64,000 nucleotides of DNA from Hydrurus foetidus (taxonomy: Eukaryota). The notes beneath the pieces are model-generated. The model worked only from the letters and a program-made list of their open reading frames with translations, was not told where the DNA came from and did not search any database. Location: positions 1 through 64,000 of the forward strand of contig UYFQ01000023.1 in NCBI GenBank assembly GCA_900617105.1, written 5' to 3'. Shown here piece after piece: positions 30,084-39,808 of the stretch (the first letter of the stretch is position 1; the number at the start of each line of letters is the position of its first letter). A program made the translations under genes and the position numbers.

Positions 30084-31148
30084 ATGAAACCTGTCATTCA
30101 CTCACTTATCAATAGCATTACACGCTTACCTGCATTGCTGTACAGCCTCATGGCACTTTCAGCCGCACAAGCAGCTACGGGCCTGGATGTCATCAACGCC
30201 ACCCCCACTGCCGGGCCGATCACCGTGTTCTACCCCAGCGACAGCGCTGCGGCACCCGTTCAACGCGGCTCGACGACCTTGGACATGGCGTGGCAAGGTG
30301 CCCCCAAAGCGGGCAATCAACGGCTGATTGTGCTGTCCCACGGCTCAGGCGGCTCGCCGTGGGCGCTGAGTGACTTAGCGAACGAGCTGGTAGCCAAGGG
30401 GTTCATCGTCGCCAGCCCTGAGCACGCAGGCGATAACTGGCACGACCACAGCAAAGTTGGCCCCGAGAGCTGGAAGCTGCGTCCGCTGGAAATCACGCAC
30501 GCCATTGATGCGATAGCCGCCGACACCCGTTTTGCAGCTTTGTTTGACGCCCAGCGTGTCGGCGTTTGGGGCATGTCAGCGGGCGGACACACCGCGCTGA
30601 CGCTGGCCGGTGGACGCTGGTCGCCTGCCAAGTTGCTGGCGCATTGCGAAGCGCATTTGGCCGATGACTTTGTCGCCTGCACAGGGGGTGTCACCGAACT
30701 CACGGGCAGTGGCTGGGATGGCCTTAAAAAAGCCATCGCCATGCCGATCATCCGCTGGCATCTGCGTGGTGACGAAACGTTCTACGGCCACATTGACCCC
30801 CGCATCAAAGCCATCGTTGCAGGCGTGCCATTTGCGGCGGACTTTGACTTCAGCACGCTAGCCAAACCAGTGGCGCCGCTGGGCTTGATCCGCACCGGGC
30901 AAGACCGCTGGCTGGTGCCGCAGTTCCACATTAACCCGGTGACCGCCGCCTGCCAGCCGTCCCAAAGCTGTGAAATCGTGGGCGATTTGCCATTGGCGGG
31001 GCACGGTGCGCTGCTGTCCCCACTGCCTAACGGCTTGCCTGAGCGCTTTCAACGCCTGCTGGACGACCCACCGGGGTTTGAGCGCAGCCAGTTGCCTGCG
31101 CTACATGCGCGCACTGCGGTGTTTTTTCAGAAGCATTTGCTGCCTTGA
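30084..31148 (+). CDS. Secreted alpha/beta hydrolase (dienelactone hydrolase/PAF-AH-like)
   Basis: Signal peptide; LSHGSGG, GMSAGG nucleophile elbow, DPRIKA, AGH. Confidence 0.85.
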   Translation: MKPVIHSLINSITRLPALLYSLMALSAAQAATGLDVINATPTAGPITVFYPSDSAAAPVQRGSTTLDMAWQGAPKAGNQRLIVLSHGSGGSPWALSDLANELVAKGFIVASPEHAGDNWHDHSKVGPESWKLRPLEITHAIDAIAADTRFAALFDAQRVGVWGMSAGGHTALTLAGGRWSPAKLLAHCEAHLADDFVACTGGVTELTGSGWDGLKKAIAMPIIRWHLRGDETFYGHIDPRIKAIVAGVPFAADFDFSTLAKPVAPLGLIRTGQDRWLVPQFHINPVTAACQPSQSCEIVGDLPLAGHGALLSPLPNGLPERFQRLLDDPPGFERSQLPALHARTAVFFQKHLLP

Positions 31149-31176
31149 CGCACGCAGGCGTAGGAGAGGCTGCGTC

Positions 31177-31203
31177 GCTACTTGGCTACTTGGCTACTTG
31201 GCT
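31177..31203. repeat. Tandem 8-bp repeat (GCTACTTG)x3 at the rloB stop
   Basis: GCTACTTG at 31177, 31185 and 31193, then GCT. Confidence 0.9.
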
Positions 31204-31793
31204 GGCTGCACCACGCCCAATGCCTCAAACCGAGCGATCAACTCGTGCAGTCGGGTGCTGGGGTTCTTTTCGTTATCGTCCAAGGCTTGCTGCCAAACGT
31301 CAGCAGCGCGGCGACGGGCCTCTGGCAACCTGGGCAGCAACTGATCGAACAGGCTTTTCGCAGCGCCTTTGTCGTAGCCCTGCATACCGGATTGCAGGCG
31401 CAGTTCTTTGACCATGCTCTTGGGGGCATAGGGGCTGCGGGAGTTCTTGAAGTGCAGGTACAGCCAAAACTCATAGCAAGGGTAGGACGCGATGACTGTG
31501 ATTTTGGTCGTGTGGGCAGAAGCAGTTTGCATCGCTTCGTCAAAGCGTTCATGGCTATCACGGTCGATGGCGCAGTACACATGGTCATACTTGGATTTAC
31601 GCTTCACCGCCTCGGCCACGATGTCCTGCGGGGCAGTGCTTCCGCAATGCACGATTTCAACGTCTGCATAAGCGCGAAAGTGCCGCGCTGCGTCGTTGAG
31701 GTAGTCCAGGCACGATTTGGTGTCTTCGCACAGCACCAGGATGCGCGGCTGCGGCTTGAACCGGGGTTTGGGTCTGGCAAACGAGTGCGCCAC
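31194..31793 (-). CDS. RloB family (TOPRIM-fold) protein
   Basis: ILVLCED, VYCAIDRD, SYPCYEFWLYLHF and C-terminal NPST. Confidence 0.88.
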   Translation of the reverse strand: MAHSFARPKPRFKPQPRILVLCEDTKSCLDYLNDAARHFRAYADVEIVHCGSTAPQDIVAEAVKRKSKYDHVYCAIDRDSHERFDEAMQTASAHTTKITVIASYPCYEFWLYLHFKNSRSPYAPKSMVKELRLQSGMQGYDKGAAKSLFDQLLPRLPEARRRAADVWQQALDDNEKNPSTRLHELIARFEALGVVQPAK

Positions 31794-31796
31794 GGA

Positions 31797-33014
31797 TCAA
31801 GCCTTCTTCACAAAGGGCAAGCCCCGGTAGCGGCCTTCAAAGTAACGCTTTTCAATGTCCTCGCCTTCACGCCCTTCAAAGTCATGGATGGAGCGAAGCT
31901 GCGTCGCACCGTTCACGTCCCGCTCGGTAATCCAAATTTGATCGCGGCGCAGCAGCTTGGCATCCATGAGGTGGGTGTCGTGGGTGGTGAAGATGAGTTG
32001 CGTGGGGATGGGGTTGTTGATGTGCTTGGCGACCAGAGCGGCGACGATCATGGGGTGGAGGCTGCTGTCGAGTTCGTCAACGATCAAAATGTAAACAGAT
32101 CTACTGCTTTTATCTTTCACAAACCAAGGTAACCAAAATCCAATCAAGTTTTTTGTACCTTCTGACTCATCGTCAAAGTTGATTTCTGTTTGCCCTAACG
32201 CAGAACCATGCATCAATCGCATTTGATTCGGAGGTCCGTCCAACTTAGCTGTCGGTATCGACTCATCGATTTGAATTTTTGATACAGGAATGTCAATTTC
32301 ACTCAAAAATCCTGCTACAGCTGGCCCAATACGTTCGTTTTGCTTGATCAATTTTTGAACCGAATGAACTGACTTACGCATTCCATGCAGAAGAACATCC
32401 GAGCCCAACATTAGCCATTCCAGCGGAATGCTCAACTGCGACAGCTCCTCATTGCTGTTCGCTACAGCTTGCGCTAAAAATAAAACACTGGGGGGTGTCA
32501 ATTTTCGCCAAATCTCAAAAACATCACGGCCACCTTCAAGCCTATCGCCAAAAACATACCTGTCACCATCGACCGTATGTTGTCGGTCGTACAACAAGGT
32601 TTCTTTGCCTTTGGGGAAACAAACCAAACGCTCTTTCATAATTCGCTCCGCCGTTGCCGACAGCTCAAACAAGTATCGAACTCGGTGGTGAATGAAATGA
32701 ACCTCAAATACGCTAGGTTGATCGGCAAGCAAAGGATCAAAGCCGAAGGGCACGACTGGTAAAGGGATTGCACCGTCATTTGGGCTGCGAAATGCAATGT
32801 CGTACACCGCTTCCATCGCCTTCAGCAAATTACTCTTCCCCGAAGCATTCGGCCCGTACACCACGGCCACCTTCAGCAAATCTGGGAACTTCTCGCCGTC
32901 AAGCTCAGGCTTGAACACGTTTTCGCGCTTACGCAAGCGCGGCGCAGCCACCATTGAGAGGGTTTGGCGTTCTCGGAAGGAGCGGAAGTTGGAAACTGAG
33001 AATTCAATCAACAT
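31797..33014 (-). CDS. ABC/AAA_21-type ATPase (RloA/AbiL-like)
   Basis: FSVSNFRSF, YGPNASGKSN, ESEGTK, IVDELDSSLHP, FTTHD, RRDQIW, YFEGRY. Confidence 0.9.
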   Translation of the reverse strand: MLIEFSVSNFRSFRERQTLSMVAAPRLRKRENVFKPELDGEKFPDLLKVAVVYGPNASGKSNLLKAMEAVYDIAFRSPNDGAIPLPVVPFGFDPLLADQPSVFEVHFIHHRVRYLFELSATAERIMKERLVCFPKGKETLLYDRQHTVDGDRYVFGDRLEGGRDVFEIWRKLTPPSVLFLAQAVANSNEELSQLSIPLEWLMLGSDVLLHGMRKSVHSVQKLIKQNERIGPAVAGFLSEIDIPVSKIQIDESIPTAKLDGPPNQMRLMHGSALGQTEINFDDESEGTKNLIGFWLPWFVKDKSSRSVYILIVDELDSSLHPMIVAALVAKHINNPIPTQLIFTTHDTHLMDAKLLRRDQIWITERDVNGATQLRSIHDFEGREGEDIEKRYFEGRYRGLPFVKKA

Positions 33015-33108
33015 GTCAAAAATCCGTATCTGCATTCATCATTTGACTCAGATTTTGAACGAATTTTTTGGCAACTGCAATTTTTTTGCAAATCAGAGAA
33101 ATCTACTT

Positions 33109-33186
33109 TGCATTTCGTACCCTGTTTTCTGCATTTCGTCGCATGGCGCTGGTGCAAAGGTTTGCGTGCTGGCAAAGTCACTTCAT
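33109..33186 (+). promoter_or_regulatory. LytTR-type direct-repeat operator and promoter
   Basis: TGCATTTCGT at 33109 and 33130 (21-bp period), then GGCAAAGTCACTTCAT at 33171. Confidence 0.75.
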
Positions 33187-33219
33187 TGCCAAACACCCTG
33201 AACCCTAAAATTACACGCT

Positions 33220-33516
33220 ATGCCTACTCCCCTCACCCCCGAAGAAATCGACCGCCTTGCCCGCAAACGTGCCGGAGCCAAGATGGGTTGGTACATCCAT
33301 GCTGCGGTTTTTGTATTGGTCAACCTGTTTATCTTTGCCTTCTCAGAGTACGCTTTTGGCAGTCGCCACTGGTCAATCAAACCCTTCCTGGGCTGGGGCT
33401 TAGGCTTGGCGCTGCATGGAATTTCGGTGTTTTGGATGGGCAAAGGCAGTGCCTTTCGAGAAAGCTTGGTCGAAAATGAGCGCGAACGGCTGCGTCGTCA
33501 AAATGAGCTGCGTTGA
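33220..33516 (+). CDS. 2TM-domain protein
   Basis: ARKRAGAKMGWYIHAAVFVLVN and WGLGLALHG. Confidence 0.8.
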   Translation: MPTPLTPEEIDRLARKRAGAKMGWYIHAAVFVLVNLFIFAFSEYAFGSRHWSIKPFLGWGLGLALHGISVFWMGKGSAFRESLVENERERLRRQNELR

Positions 33517-33525
33517 GTACACACC

Positions 33526-34620
33526 ATGAAAATTGACTGGGCTGATCTGCTGCGGCATTACCTGCAAGTGCTGGCGTTTGCGTTGGCAGTTTCGGCCATC
33601 CTATTCGCACTGTCGCCTGAGCACCCCTATGAACACCAGCTGGTGTACTCGCTGTGCATTGCCACGGCGAACTGGGCCATCATTGATTTTGGGCGTTTTG
33701 CACTGAACCCGAACCCTGACACAGGCTGGCCCGAAGGCTGGCGCTGGTTTGCGTTGGTGGCGCTCGGCATTGCGGGGGGCTGGGCCGGGGGAACGTGGGC
33801 GGCTGACCAGTGGTTTGGCTGGTCGTCATGGGATCGAAACCCTGGCAAGATTCGCAGTGACTGGATCATTACCCTGGTGGCAGGCACCATCGCCAGTTAC
33901 TTTTTTTACAGCCGTGGCAAAGCCAGCTACCTGTTGGCACAAATGACCGCCGCCCAACGGGACACCGCAGAAGCCCGCCGGCAAGCGACAGAGGCACAGT
34001 TGAAGCTGCTGCAAGCCCAGCTGAACCCCCACATGCTCTTCAACACCTTGGCGAATCTGCGGGTGCTGATGGGCATGAACCCCACGGCGGCACAAGACAT
34101 GCTTGACCGCATGATTGCCTACCTGCGTGCCACGCTCAGCGCCTCTCGCGCCACTGCGCATTCACTGCATGTGGAGTTTGAGCGCTTGGACGATTACCTG
34201 GCCCTGATGGCCATCCGCATGGGGCCACGCCTCACCTACACGCTGGCGCTGCCGCCCAATTTACGCGAGATTCCCGTGCCGACGCTGTTGCTGCAACCCC
34301 TTGTAGAAAACAGCATTCAGCATGGACTGGAGCCCAAGGTGACGGGCGGGCACATCACGGTGCGGGCCAGCCGCACAGACACGCAACTCAGGCTGGAAGT
34401 GACCGACACCGGCGTGGGTATGGCAAAGAACATGACCACTGGCGCTGTGATGGACTCACAGGCACTCACCACCAGCGGCTTTGGCTTGACCCAGGTGCGC
34501 GAACGTTTGTTGAGCGCTTACGGTACGCAAGGTACTCTTGAATTCACAGCTGATAAAGCTGGTGGAATAAGCTGCTTTATCGTTTTCCCCATCACTCATC
34601 CCGCCCCCTCAACACCATGA
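33526..34620 (+). CDS. LytS/YehU-type sensor histidine kinase
   Basis: N-terminal TM segments; LQAQLNPHMLFNTL, LQPLVENSIQHG, DTGVG, GFGLTQVRERL. Confidence 0.92.
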   Translation: MKIDWADLLRHYLQVLAFALAVSAILFALSPEHPYEHQLVYSLCIATANWAIIDFGRFALNPNPDTGWPEGWRWFALVALGIAGGWAGGTWAADQWFGWSSWDRNPGKIRSDWIITLVAGTIASYFFYSRGKASYLLAQMTAAQRDTAEARRQATEAQLKLLQAQLNPHMLFNTLANLRVLMGMNPTAAQDMLDRMIAYLRATLSASRATAHSLHVEFERLDDYLALMAIRMGPRLTYTLALPPNLREIPVPTLLLQPLVENSIQHGLEPKVTGGHITVRASRTDTQLRLEVTDTGVGMAKNMTTGAVMDSQALTTSGFGLTQVRERLLSAYGTQGTLEFTADKAGGISCFIVFPITHPAPSTP

Positions 34621-35477
34621 ATGCCACCGCCCTGATCGCTGAAGACGAACCCCTTCTGGCGCTTGCCTTGCAGGCCGAATTGGCCCGCGCTTGGCCCGGT
34701 TTGCAGGTGCTGGCCACTGTGGGGGATGGCTTGTCTGCAGTAGAGCAAGCCTTGGCACTGAAGCCGCAGGTGCTGTTTTTTGACATCCGCATGCCGGGCT
34801 TGAGTGGCCTAGAAGCAGCGGCTGAGTTGGCCGATGCGTGGGATGAGAAGACACCCTTCCCGGTTTTGATCTTTGTCACGGCTTACGACGAGTACGCGGT
34901 GCAAGCGTTTGAGGTGCAGGCGGTGGATTACGTTCTCAAGCCCGTCCAAGCCGCAAGACTGCAAAAAACAGTTTCAAAAGTGCAGTTAAAGCTGAAAGAA
35001 CGGGCAACAGCAGCTATTAATTCAGGATCGAATTCAGGCGTTAGTTTGGGCATTGATGCCGCATTGCCAGACAGCCTGAGCCACACCGTAGCGCAGCTGC
35101 GCCATCTGCTGAACACGGCCACTTCGCCTGCATCAGCCACCACAGCCTTACCGCCGCTCAAAGTCATCCAAGCCAGCGTGGGCAACCAAATTCGCATGGT
35201 GCCGGTGGACGAGGTGCTGGCGTTCGAGGCGGCTGACAAGTACGTGAGGGTGCTGACGGCACAGCGCGAGTATTTGATACGCACCCCCCTGAAAGAGCTG
35301 CTGCCCCAGCTTGACGCGCAGACGTTTTGGCAGATCCACCGAGGCACAGTGGTGCGTGCTGAAGCGATTGAAGCCATAACGCGTGACGAGATGGGTAAAC
35401 AGCTTGTGAGCCTGCGCGGGTGCGGCGAAAAATGGCTGGTGAGTCGGCTTTACGCCCACCTGTTCAAACCGATGTGA
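34617..35477 (+). CDS. LytTR-family response regulator
   Basis: IAEDEP, FDIRMPG, FVTAYD, LKP; FWQIHRGTVV, VSR. Confidence 0.93.
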   Translation: MNATALIAEDEPLLALALQAELARAWPGLQVLATVGDGLSAVEQALALKPQVLFFDIRMPGLSGLEAAAELADAWDEKTPFPVLIFVTAYDEYAVQAFEVQAVDYVLKPVQAARLQKTVSKVQLKLKERATAAINSGSNSGVSLGIDAALPDSLSHTVAQLRHLLNTATSPASATTALPPLKVIQASVGNQIRMVPVDEVLAFEAADKYVRVLTAQREYLIRTPLKELLPQLDAQTFWQIHRGTVVRAEAIEAITRDEMGKQLVSLRGCGEKWLVSRLYAHLFKPM

Positions 35478-35499
35478 ACCGCCTTTAGCGGTGGCTACC

Positions 35500-35988
35500 T
35501 TAATGGCCAAAGCCATGATGATGACCATGCCCGCCATAGTCACCCCTGTAGTACCCACCACCGTACCCCAATCCACCGCCCCAACTGCGGTACACCGGCG
35601 CAGGGGCGTACACCACGGGCTGACGCACCACAGGGTAAGGCGAGCCGTAATACGGTAGTGAAGGCTGTGCGTAGACCTGTTGCGGATACACCGTGGCTGG
35701 GTAGTACGCCGCCTGGGGCTGCACATACACCGGTTGAGGTTGCAGGTACACCGGCGCGGGGCGTCCATAGACCTGGGCTGGCTGGGTGTACACCACCTGG
35801 GGGGCATACACCCGCTGTGGGTTGACCCGCCCGACAGGCACACCCACAGATACACCCAAGGGCACACCCGGCAAGCCGACACCCACTGACCAACTGACAT
35901 TGCCAGCCTGGGCTGAGGGCGTGGCAGCCAAGGCCACCAAACCAGCAGCAAGCGTTGCGGCGGCAATAAAGCGAGAGGTGAACTTCAT
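35500..35988 (-). CDS. Exported Pro/Val/Tyr/Gln-rich low-complexity protein
   Basis: AGGAG RBS, signal peptide ending SAQA, VSWSVGVG, PVYVQP repeats and a Gly/His-rich tail. Confidence 0.75.
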   Translation of the reverse strand: MKFTSRFIAAATLAAGLVALAATPSAQAGNVSWSVGVGLPGVPLGVSVGVPVGRVNPQRVYAPQVVYTQPAQVYGRPAPVYLQPQPVYVQPQAAYYPATVYPQQVYAQPSLPYYGSPYPVVRQPVVYAPAPVYRSWGGGLGYGGGYYRGDYGGHGHHHGFGH

Positions 35989-36243
35989 ACGGTGCTCCTG
36001 GGTACAGGCAACCACTGAGGTGCCATAGGTTTACAACGCGGCACCAGCGCTTGCGATGACTTCCGTGAACGATAAAAAAAGGAAATATTTAGTAACTAGG
36101 GCGGTCACGCATAACATGGGAAGCCAAATTAACGTGTTGCTTGTCACATTCAGCCCCTATATTTATGGGTTATCAGCGATTGACTTGCCTTCTTGGTCTG
36201 TATTCCCTCTGCTGTACCTCCTCTGTATTCCAAATATCCGCCT

Positions 36244-36783
36244 ATGCAAGCCCTAGACATCATCCACTTCTGGTTCAAAGAACTCAGTGAAAAGCAACGG
36301 TTCATTAAAGATGCGGAACTTGATGCTGCGATGCGCACGCGGTTCGGCGCCACATTGCAGGGGGCTTCCCTTGGTGAATTGTTTTTGTGGCGCAGCACCC
36401 CCATTGGCCGCTTGGCTGAAATCATCGTGCTCGACCAGTTTTCACGCCACATCTACCGTGACACCCCTGGCGCATTTGCACAAGATGCCCAAGCCCTCGC
36501 CTTGGCACAGGAGTTGGTCGCCCGAGGTCAAGATGAATGGCTGGAAGCCCCCATGCGGGCCTTTGTTTACATGCCTTACATGCACAGCGAATCGCTGGTG
36601 ATCCATGAGCAGGCAGTACGCCATTTTTCACAAAAAGGCTTAGAGAACTCGCTGGCGTTTGAACATCGGCACAAAGCCATCATCGAGCGCTTTGGACACT
36701 ACCCCCACCGCAACGCGATCTTGGGGCGCACATCCACAGCGGAAGAGCTGGAATTTTTGAAGCAGCCAGGAACGTCGTTTTAA
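36244..36783 (+). CDS. DUF924 family protein
   Basis: IIHFWF, IIVLDQFSR, YMPYMHSE, ERFGHYPHRN. Confidence 0.88.
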   Translation: MQALDIIHFWFKELSEKQRFIKDAELDAAMRTRFGATLQGASLGELFLWRSTPIGRLAEIIVLDQFSRHIYRDTPGAFAQDAQALALAQELVARGQDEWLEAPMRAFVYMPYMHSESLVIHEQAVRHFSQKGLENSLAFEHRHKAIIERFGHYPHRNAILGRTSTAEELEFLKQPGTSF

Positions 36784-36790
36784 GACGCTC

Positions 36791-36816
36791 CCGCTTCAGG
36801 CGGGCTGATGAAGCGG
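36791..36816. terminator. Hairpin between convergent genes
   Basis: CCGCTTCA...TGAAGCGG inverted repeat. Confidence 0.5.
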
Positions 36817-36824
36817 ATACACCG

Positions 36825-37790
36825 TCACACCTTGTAAGGCAGCGTCACCCGCAGCAACTGCGCTGGCATGGCTGCGTTGTCCGCATCCGTCACCAGCGTC
36901 AGCACCAGCGAGTTGTCCTCTGCCACTTCAGTGACCACGCCTTCCACCTTCGGCCCACCTTGGAGCCAATGCATCTGGCGCAACTTGCCTTCTGGCCCTA
37001 CCACACCGACCGCTGAGCCTGCACAAGGGCCGTCTTTGGGGTTGCGGCGGTTGTTTTCAGCCACGGCGCAAAACGCCCACCCGCCACCGGGCAAAGCGGC
37101 ACCGTCGGTCAAGTTGAGCGGTACGCCGTCAATATCCCCCAGCACAACAGGACGGATGGATTTGGCAGGTGGTGCTTTGGGGCTTTGGCCCACCAGCCAC
37201 GGGGCCAGCAAAGCCCAGTCGTAAGTGATGCAGGCATTGCGCGGATGGTGCGCGTTGCCCCTGTTGCCGCGCTGCAACAGCCGCAACTCACCGCTGGCGA
37301 GGAAAACGCCTTCAATGTTCAGGTCGTCCAAACGCTTTCTGAGCGGGTCGTACAGGGCGGCCAGGTTGATGTGCGCCAAGCGCTCGGTCACACCACCTTG
37401 AGCGTCCAGTGCGATCAGCACGCCGGTTTCGCGCTTCATGTTGGCCCCCGAGGGCAGCGCCAGCAGCGCGCCATGCGGGCAGCCGGGCAGCGGGGGTAAG
37501 GCACACAGGGTTTCCAAATCGGGTTTGGCGAGTCGGCGTTTCATGGGGTCGTGCGGCAAATTACCCTCGAACAGGCGCACCAGTGAGATTGGCGCAGCAG
37601 GCTGGTCAGCAGTGACAGGCTCTTCAGACACCAGCCCCATGTTGAATTCGCCATCCGCCACCACGAACAAGCGGCCTTTGACGCGGGTCAAACCGCTGGC
37701 AGCACTTAAGTGCGCCAAACCACGAGGGTGCAGACTGGGGTCAACGGACAAATCACGGAGGATTTCAGGAATGAGTTCTGTATTAAGCAT
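36825..37790 (-). CDS. Conserved hypothetical protein, beta-propeller-like
   Basis: HLSAASGL, KPDLE, LNIEG, LLQRGN and KVEG acidic motifs; function not recognised. Confidence 0.65.
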   Translation of the reverse strand: MLNTELIPEILRDLSVDPSLHPRGLAHLSAASGLTRVKGRLFVVADGEFNMGLVSEEPVTADQPAAPISLVRLFEGNLPHDPMKRRLAKPDLETLCALPPLPGCPHGALLALPSGANMKRETGVLIALDAQGGVTERLAHINLAALYDPLRKRLDDLNIEGVFLASGELRLLQRGNRGNAHHPRNACITYDWALLAPWLVGQSPKAPPAKSIRPVVLGDIDGVPLNLTDGAALPGGGWAFCAVAENNRRNPKDGPCAGSAVGVVGPEGKLRQMHWLQGGPKVEGVVTEVAEDNSLVLTLVTDADNAAMPAQLLRVTLPYKV

Positions 37791-37851
37791 GGGGCGATTT
37801 TCACCTACGCGCGGACGGGAGCCTGCTCAAGCGCACCTCTAAAATACAGCC

Positions 37852-38048
37852 ATGAGTTCCCTTACCCCCCCTACCCCAGCCGTTGACAAGACCGAAGCCC
37901 TTAAACAAGGCAATTTTCAGAGCAACTTTTTGCGCCAAATCATCGAGAACGATCTGGCCCAAGGCAGCTACGCCACCCGCCACTGGGGTGGCACGCCCGG
38001 TGACGCAGCACACCACCAAGCCGGGGCCATCGACCCGGCAGCCATCCG

Positions 38049-38100
<52 letters not shown>

Positions 38101-39729
38101 AGCATTTGCCTGAATTTTGGTTTGGCCCGCGATTACGGCGGCGTCTGCCACATGCGTTTTGACGACACCAACCCCGAGAAGGAAGACCAAGAGTACGTGG
38201 ACTCGATCCTCGACGCGGTGCAGTGGTTGGGCTTCGACTGGGATGCCCACGACACCAGCCACCTTTACCAAGCCAGTGATTACTTTGACTTCATGTACCG
38301 TGCAGCCGAGTACCTGATCGAAGCTGGCCACGCCTACGTGGACGAGCAAAGCGCCGAAGCCATGCGTGCCAACCGGGGTGACTTTGGTAGGCCCGGTATC
38401 GAAAGCCCATTCCGTAGCCGTACCCCGGCTGAAAATTTGCAGCGTTTTCGTGAGATGGCGAAAGCCCAGCATGCGGATGGCGCTATGGTTTTACGCGCCA
38501 AAATCGACATGGCGGCCCCCAACATCAACCTGCGTGACCCGGCCATCTACCGCATCCGCCGCGCCACGCACCACAACACGGGCGATACCTGGTGTATCTA
38601 CCCGATGTACACCTTCGCCCACCCGATCGAAGACGCGCTGGAAAACATCACCCACAGCATCTGCACGCTCGAATTTGAAGACCAACGCCCGTTTTACGAC
38701 TGGCTCTTGGCCCGTCTGGCAGAAGGTGGCCTCATCAACACCCCTCCGCCCCGCCAGTACGAATTCGCCCGGCTGAACCTCACCTACGTCATCACCAGCA
38801 AACGCAAGTTGGCGCAACTGGTGAACGAAAAACACGTCAGTGGCTGGGACGACCCCCGCCTGCCCACCATCGTGGGCCTGCGCCGTCGCGGCTACACGCC
38901 CGAGGCCATCCAGCTGTTTGCCGAGCGCATTGGTGTGAGCAAAGCCGACAGCTGGATCGACTACAGCACGCTCGAAGGTGCCCTGCGCGACACGCTGGAT
39001 ACCGTGGTGCCCCGCGCCATGGCCGTGCTTGACCCGGTGAAACTCGTCATCACCAACTGGGAAGCCCTGCACGGTGCCGACTGTCTGGACGATTGCAGCG
39101 CCCCCATCCACCCCCATCCGCACGCTGACCACCCCGAGCACGCAGGCCGCCGCACGTTCAAATTCGGCCAAGCGCTGTGGATTGAGCGCAGCGACTATGA
39201 AGACGTGCCGCCCAAAGGCTACAACCGGCTGTACCCCCCTCAAACCGGCGCAGACGGCAGCACCAAGCCCGGCAACACCGTGCGCCTGAAATATGGCCAC
39301 GTTATCCGCTGCACCGGTGCGGTAAAGGATTCGAACGGCCACATCACCGAAGTTCACGCTGAGCTGATCCCCGACACCAAAAGCGGCACGCCGGGTGCGG
39401 ACGCGATCAAGGTCAAGGGTGTCATCACCTGGGTGGCAGTGGCCGATGCCGTACCGGCTGAAGTGCGTTTGTACGACCGCCTGTTCACCGATGCCTACCC
39501 CGATGCCGGTGGCAAAGAGTTTTTAGCGTCCATCAACCCGAACAGCCTGAAAACCACCACCGCCTACGTGGAACCCGCGCTGGGCGCAGGTGGGGCGATA
39601 GCCGCCAAAGCGGATGACAAGTTCCAGTTTGAGCGCCACGGCTACTTCGTGGCAGATCGGCTTGACTGCACAGCGGACAAGTTGGTGTTCAACCGGGTGA
39701 CGGGGTTGAAGGACAGTTGGGGCAAGTGA
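37852..39729 (+). CDS. glnS: Glutamine--tRNA ligase
   Basis: TRFPPEPNGYLHIGHAKS, THSICTLEFED, SKRKL, GWDDPR, FQFERHGYF. Confidence 0.97.
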
Positions 39730-39808
39730 GCACCTTGAGGGTGTAAGAGAACGTGCTGCTCAAGCGACAAAGCTGTGCCACCACTTCTCTCACTCCCAAG
39801 GATTCGCC

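Noticed and set aside
31182..32132. 316-aa plus-strand ORF
   Set aside because: Antisense to rloB and the ATPase gene
33206..33222. TAAAAT 8 nt before the 2TM gene ATG as a leaderless start
   Set aside because: A better-supported shared LytTR-type promoter lies about 40 bp upstream
35500..35988. Pro/Tyr-rich protein as a novel repeat system
   Set aside because: Resembles a common betaproteobacterial exported low-complexity protein; repeats are irregular
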